Source: Chlorokybus atmophyticus (Eukaryota; Plantae; Mesostigma and Chlorokybus algae). Taken from it: a stretch of DNA of 64,000 nucleotides. The notes under the pieces are model-generated. The model had not been told where the DNA came from. It was given only the letters and a program-made list of their open reading frames with translations, and ran no database searches. Position 1 is the stretch's first letter. Each line of letters opens with the position of its first letter. This document shows positions 54,703 through 64,000 of this stretch, piece by piece. The stretch lies in the NCBI GenBank assembly GCA_009103225.1, contig RHPI01000797.1:8384-72383 (forward strand), in the 5' to 3' direction. A program made the translations under genes and the position numbers.

Positions 54703-57490
54703 ATGTGGGCGGTGTCGCCGCTGAGGCGGCCGGCGACGTGCGCGTGGCGGACCAGGTGGTGGCCATGGACAGTGTCGTGCAGTGCGCCTGCCTCCACCAC
54801 CCCCTCGGACGCAGCGGGCAGGTCGAGGGGCAGCAGTGTCTGGGACCTTTCGGGCGTCAGCCGCGGCGGCGGCGGCGGCGCAGCTGCAGGTATACCAGGC
54901 CACACGAGCCAGGCTCTCCTGCAGCGGCGCGGCGCCATGACGGCGGCGGAGCAGGCAGGCGTTAGCCGCGATTCTCGTTTCGCCCACTTGCAGCCGGAGG
55001 ACGTGGCGTACTTCAGGCAGGTGGACCTTGCGTTGCGTTGAAGCAAACCTTAAGTATAGGCGCAGTTGTGTGATGTTCCTCTATGTATTATGATCATGCT
55101 TGGCATATTGTTATATAAATGGTGCTAGCATCCGTTTTCCTGCATTCGTTTGCTGTGGTAGCATGCAACTTGCATTGCCAGTGCGCCCCACTTTGTGTTT
55201 TAAGTTTCCACGCACAAGCAGGGCTCTTTGAGTACAGTTGTTGCTTTGTTGCAGAGGCCAATTCTTTGAATCGAAGCATCCGTCGCTATATTTTTGCAAT
55301 GCTGTGACCTTTATATTGAGGTGCGGCTACTGATGCGCAGGAAATAAGAAGCTGACAAGACGTTTGTCGTCCAGGGGCTTGTTGGGTGATTCTGGTGTCA
55401 TAACGGATGCCGACGAACTCAGCCCATTTAACAACGACTGGATGAACAAGTATCATGGCAAAAGCCAGATTGCATTGCGCCCCAAAACCACTGAGCAGGT
55501 GCGGGAGCGAAATTGTGGGGCATGGGAGTATTCTTTACTAGACCATCATGACTGGATGCTACTGCAGCGTAGCATGACTGGATGCTACTGCAGCGTAGCA
55601 TGCATGTGAGATAGACAACTAAACATTGCATGTGGCTATGCAGTCTACTAGTAGCAGGTTCGCTGACATAACACTTCTTCGTGTCTTGGCATGTTGCAGG
55701 TCTCGGAGATCATTGCCCATTGTAGCCGGAGAAGGTGATTGTCAGATTGCTCATTGTGACAATCATGCTGCTTGCAAGCCCCCTTTTATGCGAAGCATAT
55801 CGTGACTGCAGACTGGCAGTCGTGCCGCAGGGAGGCAATACTGGCCTTGTTGGCGGTAGCGTTCCGGTGTTTGATGAGGTGAACTTACTGTTGTTGGCAT
55901 GTGTATGTACGTCGCACGTGGCACATTGTCTGACTGTGCAGCAACCTTTCCACTGCAGGTTATTCTGTCAACCAGTGGCATGGATAGTATCCGGAGTCTT
56001 GATCAGGTAAAGCCGCTGGTGCAAGTATTTGCACTTGAGTTTTTGATAAAGATGTGCTAGTAGAACTACCAGCACATCGACAACAGCTGCCAGGAAAGGG
56101 CACGAGTCTCAACATATGACGTATCAGGTCTCAGGCATTCTGACTTGCCAAGCCGGTTGCATTCTCCAAACCCTTGATGATTATCTCTCGGATTACGGGC
56201 TTATGATGCCAGTGAGCTTTGGAGCAAAGGGAAGCTGCCACATCGGCGGAATGGTCTCAACCAATGCGGGAGGAGTGCACTTTCTGCGCTATGGCTCGCT
56301 GCATGGAACCGTTATAGGTAAACTAATGTTTGTGTTATGGTTGGAATGCTATGCACTGTAGTATGTACAGATCTGAAGCCATGTTGGCATGCATTGCAGT
56401 TGGTCAGCCAGCACGCACGCACATGCACGCACGCTCGCGCGCACGCAGCGGAAACTGGCTCGCACGTATGAACAGCACCACACCTGGCGACACACGCACA
56501 CACCCTCCCTCTCACACACACGCACGCACGCACGCACGAGGTCACACACACGGCGACACACATATGCCTAACGCCTTGACATATGCTGCAGGGCTGGAGG
56601 TTGTGCTGGCCGATGGCAGAGTGTTGGATCTGCTAAGCACGCTAAGAAAAGACAACACAGGGTACGACCTCAAGCAGCTGTTCGTCGGTGCCGAGGGCAC
56701 TCTCGGCATCGTGACTGCTGTGTCCATTCTGGCAGTCCCAAGACCTGTTTCGCGCGAGCTAGCCTTCCTCGCATGCCCAACATATGATGCCGTGCAAGCA
56801 ACATTTGTCGCAGCGCGGCAACATCTTGGCGAGGTGCTGTCCGCATATGAGTTTATGGACAGGGAGGCCCTTGACCTAGCTGTCACCCACCTTGATGGTG
56901 TACGTGACCCGCTGCCGGAGACTGAGTCCCCGCTTTACGTGTTGGTGGAAAGCAGTGGAGCTGATGAGGCTGGCAACATGAGAGCGAGGATGGAGCGGTT
57001 CCTTGAGGCAGCCATGAGTGAGGGACATGTTGTCGATGGCACCATCGCGCAAGATGACACGAAGGCGGGTGCGCTGTGGCGCATGCGGGAGGAGCTGTCC
57101 GTGGCATTGGTTAAGGCCGGTGCGGTGTACAAATATGATCTCTCATTGCCGATCAAAGATATATATCCATGCGTGGAGGCGATTCGCGAACGTGTTGGCT
57201 CGGAAGCAACTGTTGTTAGTTATGGGCACTTGGGCGACGGCAACTTGCATCTAAACGTGTCGCTACCCGCATATAGTGATAGCGTGTTTGCCCGAATCGA
57301 GCCGTTTGTGTTTGAGTGGGTTGCGGCCAGGCGCGGCAGCGTCAGTGCAGAGCATGGGCTCGGCCTCATGAAAGCCAAGGCGATTCACTACTCAAAACCC
57401 CCGCAGGCAGTGGCCCTGATGAAGCACATGAAGGACATGCTGGACCCTCACGGGTTGTTGAACCCTTATAAGGTGCTGCCACCCTCCTAG
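54703..57490 (+). CDS. D2HGDH: D-2-hydroxyglutarate dehydrogenase (FAD-linked oxidase, mitochondrial type); multi-exon
   Basis: RDSRFAHL...YFR|[13 protein letters not shown]...[86 protein letters not shown] and [13 protein letters not shown]. The start codon (54703 or a downstream ATG) is uncertain. Confidence 0.95.
55547..55602 (+). repeat. 26-bp tandem duplication in a D2HGDH intron
   Basis: CATGACTGGATGCTACTGCAGCGTAG twice, followed by CATG. Confidence 0.9.
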
Positions 57491-58559
57491 CGTTTAGAAT
57501 TAGGGCGTAGTTGTATGATGTACAGTTGCATAACATCACGGTGTATATGTCAAAATACAGTTGAAGCTCAACTCCTGTGGTATCCTACGCTATGCAGTAT
57601 GTTGATTGTGTATCGACAAGTGCAGCATATCAGGTGCGCCGTGTCGTGTGTTGCACTCGTGCGTTCTGCCTGGGTGTTGCAGACCAGCAATTATGTTGTG
57701 TGCACAGGAAAACAGATTGATCAAGCAAGCAATAGGTGATCATGGCAGCAATAAACAATAAACAACAATAATAGCAAAGCATAACTGGATGGTTCGAGCC
57801 GCTAGGAATCTAAAACTTAATGGCACACCTAAGCACAGGTAGAGGCGACCGCAGTTCGCAAGATTCCCAGATGGCGCACTGATGAAGCAAGCGCCACACG
57901 TCAGCAACTGCCAGTGTGGCATTGCCGGGGATGGACTCGTGAATCGCTTGCAAGTGCCAGATGCTACAATTATGCGCACTATAAACAGCAAGGCAAAGAG
58001 GTAGCAACTGCTAGCATGCAGTGACAGAGGCTCCGTCACTCAGATACTATACATAGGGTATAGGCTGATTTGAGTAGCAGATGCAAAGGTAACGAAGGAG
58101 TACAAGCAAACAGGCACACAGGCACATAGCACAGCAGAGCAAGCAGAGACAGGGCAAGGTAGGGCTTTATTCCAGCAGGTGCATACACACTAACTATATG
58201 CTTAGCTAAGTGCGTTCGTGCAAGTGGGGCGGGTGAGTAGGCAGGGCAGTTGGGCAGGCAGCAAGCACCGCAACCTATAGCAACAGGTGCTGAGGGTATA
58301 TGAATCCATGATAACACACTATGCACAAAGTTCAATTCAACAACACATTATGCATAAAGGCCAACTCAACAACACCCACATCACCACACAAACTGTTCAC
58401 GACACCACATCTAGTCTACATAGCCTTCACCACAAATGCACCATACAATGTCATACAGCAATACTGCATAAGAAAGTCACATATGTTAGCAACATAACGT
58501 GATTGCAATTGTCAAAATCATGCACGCAATACATTTACAAGTGGTAAAGTTATTGTTGC

Positions 58560-58790
58560 CAAATGCATGCTTACTAATTTACAAACATATGTTATGGTAT
58601 CATCAAGTGCTCAACGGACACAAGTTTGTATGCTTCGTTTATTGCGGCGCATACCAAAGATACCGAAGTTTGCTAGACGCGCACAAGTGAAATTGACAAA
58701 ACATGTTGAAGTTATGGATTTGAGATATTGTTTGCACACTTTTCCTTTTATTACTTATATGGCGTAAGTATAACATAAATATCACATTTT
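58560..58790 (+). pseudogene. Possible decayed PIF1/Helitron helicase C-terminal fragment
   Basis: MLTNL, then after a frameshift HQVLNGHKFV (compare ML.NL...GL.NG). Later HTFPFITYMA*V*HK keeps the exact spacing of the FPxxxxxAxTxHK motif. AT-rich context. Confidence 0.4.
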
Positions 58791-59166
58791 GTTATTACAT
58801 ATACAATAGTTTACAATTTCAGTTCGCTTTCTATCACATTCAGTTGCGATACAAAGACCAATAACCGTGATCTTAATTAACAACAATGCCCCCCTGCGTA
58901 ATGAACTTCAGACTCACTCCCCCCCCCCTTTCCGATTAAAGATTTCTCCCCACAATATCGGGGGAAGGGCACCATGTTCGACGGGCGGCACTGTTTATGG
59001 TAGCACGATAATTTGATATCATGCTATATAACAATATGTTACAATTCAATTGGTCGATGACAACCCGTTTATTTATAAATAAACCGCTTTGATATATTAC
59101 CAAGCATAATTCATGGATAAGCAATGCATGAACAGCCTTCTTGATAACGGGGGAGGGAGGCGCGGC

Positions 59167-59265
59167 GGGGGGGGGGGGNNNNNNNNNNNNNNNNNNNNNN
59201 NNNNNNNNNNNNNNNNNNNNNNNNNNNNNNNNNNNNNNNNNNNNNNGGGGGGGGGGGGGGGGGGG

Positions 59266-59303
<38 letters not shown>
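59167..59303. repeat. Poly-G tracts flanking a 68-N gap
   Basis: G-run 59167-59178, N 59179-59246, G-run 59247-59303 with one A. Confidence 0.9.
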
Positions 59304-59307
<4 letters not shown>

Positions 59308-59665
59308 TCCTGCCTTAATAGTTGTTGAAAACTTTGTAACAGACGTTGTAACAATATGACATGAAAGTTGAGAAATGACATGAAAAATGAAACTGTTACT
59401 TGAAGTTGCTGAATTGGTGTGAGAAATGCCGACTGGAGCGAACGGGTTCTCTTAAACCCTGTTTGCAACCCGATCTTCCAACCTCAGTCGGTTCAAGCCG
59501 TAGTTCTCAACATGCAACCCAACAGGCAGTTACGTTGACCGTGTTGTCTAGGGCTTGGTTAGGGTTCAGCTTGTCGGCATTGTGGCTAACGTTGTCGTCG
59601 TGGTCGTCGCCGTTGTCGCCGCAAACGGTGTGCTTGAACGACAGAAGCTTTTCGAGGCGGCCGCC

Positions 59666-60895
59666 ATGGACGTGGACGCCATCGCCAAGGCGTTCGTGGA
59701 GCACTACTACAGCACGTTTGACGGCAACAGGTGAGTGCCGCTCAGGCCAGGCTGGGACGCTAGGGCATATCACATGGGCGAAGCCAAGCAGGCAGACTCT
59801 GGTTCGGCTTGCACCAGCACACCAGTTGTGCCGCATCTAGGCTGAGCTTAATAATACACGATCTATTGGGTTATTTTGCGGGTCGTCACTGTTCGTTGGG
59901 GCTTGCTGTTGGGCCATTTCATCTGTGTTTGATGTGCAGTCAACCTGAACATACTAGTTGATGCATTCCATGACACGATGTGTGCATACATGCACATGCA
60001 CACGTGCCCAACTTGCTAGCACTCCGTTTACATTTTGTGACTTTTGTCATCTTTTGGATGCATTATACAGCGTGCACGTGTGACTTGCATGCTCAACGTT
60101 TTACACGGAGAGCATAGTTATGTGCCGTTGAAGAGGACACAAGTTCAGAGAGGCCATGCATTTCCTACAGTTCGCCTTTGCTGAACTACATTGTGTAGGT
60201 CACTCAAATTATCTGAGCGTTGCATTGTACCTTGAGTCATGGTTGTAAGCCCGTGCAAGTCATCTTGTCTGCATGAGGTGGTTGATATTTCACAAGTCAT
60301 CTGACAAGTTGTGTCGTGCAGACCAAATCTGCAGGCGCTGTATCAAGAGCACAGCATGCTCACGTTTGAGGGCGAGAAGTTTCAGGGCCCGGCGGCAATC
60401 GCAGCCAAGCTAACAGGCCTTCCGTTCAAGCAAAGTCGCCACACTATATCGACCATAGACTCGCAGCCCTCTGGCCCACAAGGAGGACTCCTCGTGTTTG
60501 TGTCCGGCAACCTGCTCGTTGATGGCGAAGAACGACCGCTCAAGTTCTCACAGGTGTGTGCGTGTGCATGTGAGCATGTGTTCTTGCATGCACGCATGTG
60601 TGCTCGTGTTCGCATGTGTGTGCCTGTTTGTGTGTGCGCGCGCGTGCATGCTGGCCAGACCTACGTATGGTTCACATTTATGTAACAGCTTACTTGATTA
60701 ACACACAATGCATAGTGTGTGTTGACTTGAGATTGCCATGCAAGCACTGTGCACTGCCATCCCTCAACGCTTACTTGCTCATGGTTGTGCGACCAATTGA
60801 CATGTCTGTTCCTCGGGCAGGTGTTTCACTTGATGCCTGCTCAAGGCGGGAGCTACTTTGTCTTCAATGACATGTTCCGCTTGAATTACGCTTGA
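59666..60895 (+). CDS. NTF2: Nuclear transport factor 2; three exons
   Basis: MDVDAIAKAFVEHYYSTFDGN|RPNLQALYQEHSMLTFEG...IDSQPSGPQGGLLVFVSGNL...LKFSQ|VFHLMP...FVFNDMFRLNYA*. Confidence 0.96.
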
Positions 60896-61672
60896 TCCCT
60901 GCTCAAATAACCCCGCTAGGCATTATCTTGTTGTATAGTCATTTGCAGTCGTTTGCAGGCACCTGCTGAGCAGCAGCATTGTACTTGCTTGAGTGTGGCC
61001 AGCTACTGTTTGCTCCATATCTGTTTGTGGTGATATGGTGAGGTTGTAACGCAATGTAGCGGTGTATCTTGTTCAGCGTGTTGAGCAACTACTATTATGC
61101 AAGTATATAAAGATTTCCTAGTTGTACACCCATGCAGCTACCTGTGCCGTGTCATTATGCATGCAATGCATTCGCTGATAATCTTATCTTGTTGCTCATC
61201 ACCTAATAGTGGTTTGATATCATGGCAGCAGCAGCTCCCACAGCCCTTGCATGAATTGTGTATGTCCTACATCTGTTCTGAGTACTTGTGACGTGTGCAC
61301 TTGCTTGCAAATGTCATTCTTCATCTGCTGTAAACCCTACGATAATACCACAAACTCAAACAATTGATGACAACAAGTCTGTTACAGCACGGGCGTTTGT
61401 CCGGCTTTGTAATGTCACACCATGCCCACCATACAACACCACACATTACTACATTGCACTCTTTACACAACTACACACGATTTTGTTCTGCATTTTCTGT
61501 ACACTACCATACACATGCTTGCATGCACAGCAGCTACACCGTCGCTGCTGAATCAACTCACAAAAGGTACAAACAATCAATAATCAACAACCAACCAACA
61601 ACCAACAACCAACACTAGGAAGGTACAACCAAATCCTTAGGTGCTGCAACACCCGCTTGGCCTGCATGTTGT

Positions 61673-61987
61673 TCAAAAGCATTGGGTGTTGGAGTGCATA
61701 ATGGGACAATGTTGCCGTCTTGTCTGACCGTTGTCGCGCATCAAAGGGACCATTTGCTGCAGCAACTGCATTTGCTGCTGCAGCTGGGCGTTGGTGTTGG
61801 CCTGCTCTTCTTGTACGCTTGCCAATTGTTGCGCCATGGCTTGCTGACCCTCAACCAATTGCTGAAGGACATGACCAACCTGTGGCTGCGCAGGCCACGC
61901 CTCAAACACTTCCGCAATATCATCAAATGCGTCTCCCGCTGTGCGTAATCTCTGAGCAATGTTGGGAGGTGGCTGCTGCCCAGCCAT
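61673..61987 (-). CDS. Short Gln-rich coiled-coil ORF of unknown function
   Basis: MAGQQPPPNIAQRLRTAGDAFDDIAEVFEAWPAQPQVGHVLQQLVEGQQAMAQQL has protein-like composition and an ATG start. The 3' end or splicing is unresolved. Confidence 0.4.
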   Translation of the reverse strand: MAGQQPPPNIAQRLRTAGDAFDDIAEVFEAWPAQPQVGHVLQQLVEGQQAMAQQLASVQEEQANTNAQLQQQMQLLQQMVPLMRDNGQTRRQHCPIMHSNTQCF

Positions 61988-63376
61988 GCCTGTCGACCTA
62001 CATCATAATCCTCAAGCTTCAAGCATATACAGCACCCGACATGTATGTCTGCATAGTACTGCAACTTTGAAACTGAAGCTCTGCCTTGCATGATAAGTTA
62101 CTGAGCAGCGCTGACCTGAGAAGCCTAAGGGTACGTACGTAGGTTATAGGGGCGGACAGCTGGCGTGCGCAGTGCGGCACATGCAGATACTTCCCAGGCA
62201 AGCAAGCAGCAGCAGCTGCGTCCAGCTCGCTCCCCGCCACCCCGCCGCCGCTGCCTCTGAACCTGCCGGTCCCTTAAAATGAGCCCGAAGCAAATCCTAA
62301 GAGCACAACGCCGATATCGGGCCCTCACGTGCCGGCATTGTTGGGTTTGGCGGTGGCACCGTGCACACGGTACAAGATGATAGCTTGTGTAACACCTGTG
62401 CACAAAAGATGCAAGAGGGAATGCATAACGTGCAAACCTACGTGCACATGCAATTCAACCAACACCACCAACACTCATCACATCGACCGGGGCAAGGCGC
62501 CTACATGCTGCCTGTGTTGCCATTGGAGGGGCATGTAAATGTCGCCTAGAGATGTGTTTGTGAGTGGTCACGGTAAGCACTACCTGTTGCCGCAATAAGT
62601 ATCCATAAAAGAAGCCCAGTGTCTACACATATCAGAGCCACACTTTGCATTGTGCAGGTGGTAGTGAACGCTGCTAATTAACGATAGGCTGTGCCACTTA
62701 TGCGCAACCATGCGGGTGCATTGCCGGTGGCTATGGCCTCCGATTTGCTGCCACTCAGCGAATCCGAGGCCATAGCCACCAGGCAATCCATATCAAAGTG
62801 CGCATTGTCAACAGAGCTTGCGCAAGTGTATTTTTTTTGTGAGATTGCCGTTTGCTGCCCAGGGCGTGGCTCTGTTGGAGAGAGCGACGACGGCCGCGTG
62901 TGCAGCTCCGGGTTGGCCGCCACCGCGACCTGCTCCTATGACGACCCTCTGTGACAGTGCTCATGGTGTGAGGCCTGCGCAACCGATGCGCGCTAGCGTT
63001 CATAGTTGTGTTGTCATGTGTCTTCGCGTTGTGATTGTTTGGAATTGCGCAGTTGTGTTAGCCGTATGGCTTTGACACTAGGACCTTGTAATCGTTTGAC
63101 ATATTATTTACATAGAGAGAGAGTTTGCTGCACAGCTCCTTTCAGGGGAGTACACATGCGAAGTAAACAATTTACATCACCGCAAGCGCGCACGTTGACT
63201 ATGTACAACAAGGGTACTGGAGACGAATATGACTGCACACGTACCGCACCATTGCCGTTCAACATTGCATGGCCCTCAACATGGCTGCATGCCAACCCTC
63301 TCCGCTTACAGAAACCCTGAATGTTCTTTCACGAAGCTGCAGGCGAAGCCAAATCTTCCCACACCCAAAACAATGG

Positions 63377-63856
63377 TCACAAGTGTGGTGGTTGAAAGCC
63401 GGTGGCAGGATGAGGTTTTGCTGGCTCGCTACTGCTGTTGTTGTTGTTGCCTCCATGTCTATGCGGATCCAGCGACGAGGCAGCCGCAGGTTGCAAGCTT
63501 TGGAAAGCAGAAGCCACTGAAGGAGTCATTGTCGTGGGCGGTGCTGTGCTGGTTGGTGCCGTGCTGGTTGTGGGTGGACTTGCGGGTATGCTGCCAGGAG
63601 CTGGCTGTTGAGACACGGACCTGGTCAGTGCTTGGGGTGGAGTTGGATCAGGTGGTGGTGTAGTGCTGGCTGGCGGGCTGGCAGTTGCTGCATCAACACC
63701 GGGCCTGGAAGGTTCGATGTCCATTGCCTGCGCCAGCTGCATTCGTCAATCAAAACAATAATAGCTCAGCAACACGCGCCAATGCTGCTAGCTCACCTCT
63801 GCATGATCAGCGTCTCGGTGTTCAGCGCCGTTGCGGTTGGATCCCGCTGCGGGCTC
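63377..63856 (-). CDS. Last two exons of a gene entering from beyond the window; low-complexity Pro/Ser/Thr tail
   Basis: Acceptor cttttcag, then EPAAGSNRNGAEHRDADHAE|gtgag...gcag|LAQAMDIEPS...PPHL*, in phase 0. Confidence 0.5.
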
Positions 63857-64000
63857 CTGAAAAGGCTATAGTTCAACATGCATGTGCATGTCAACCAACA
63901 CGCGCACGCACGTGCATACACGACACAAAGCACAGAGATTACAGCCATGATACATCAGTACAGCTATACTCTATTAACCAACACCATACTGCCCCAGACC

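Noticed and set aside
55547-55602. 26-bp direct repeats as a possible CRISPR-like array
   Set aside because: Only two abutting copies with no spacer, inside a eukaryotic intron.
56230-56275. D2HGDH substitutions (SFGAKG, GGMVSTN) suggesting a new substrate
   Set aside because: The rest of the protein, including the C-terminal HLGDGNLH and SAEHG motifs, is canonical, so the changes are not enough to claim altered function.

Overview
Eukaryotic, intron-rich nuclear DNA from the green lineage. A streptophyte alga is my inference, based on SPLAYED-type, DDR4-type, TPLATE and LPR1-type genes, TTTAGGG-type telo-boxes and CA/TG-rich introns. Recognisable spliced genes, mostly in alternating orientation, are: DDR4-like DDT protein (+), TPLATE (-), ArsB/NhaD-type permease (+), LPR1-like multicopper oxidase (-), SYD-like SWI2/SNF2 ATPase (+), ISWI/CHR11 (-), D-2-hydroxyglutarate dehydrogenase (+) and NTF2 (+). 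There are also weaker unassigned spliced ORFs. The accessory DNA holds a decayed Helitron Rep-helicase and two more isolated Helitron/PIF1 helicase fragments. It also holds an intron-containing pogo-type DDE transposase pseudogene with a complete 502-bp TRIM retroelement (LTRs, PBS, PPT, 5-bp TSD) nested in an intron, an apparently identical 2.3-kb duplication ending at an N, AT-rich decayed islands and several perfect palindromes. The most unusual observations are three QLQ-like modules in the SYD-like ATPase, two of them with the same phase-2 intron, and the physical clustering of ISWI, its DDT-type partner and a second SNF2 ATPase. Protein identifications rest on motifs recognised from memory, not on database searches, and exon boundaries were traced by eye.
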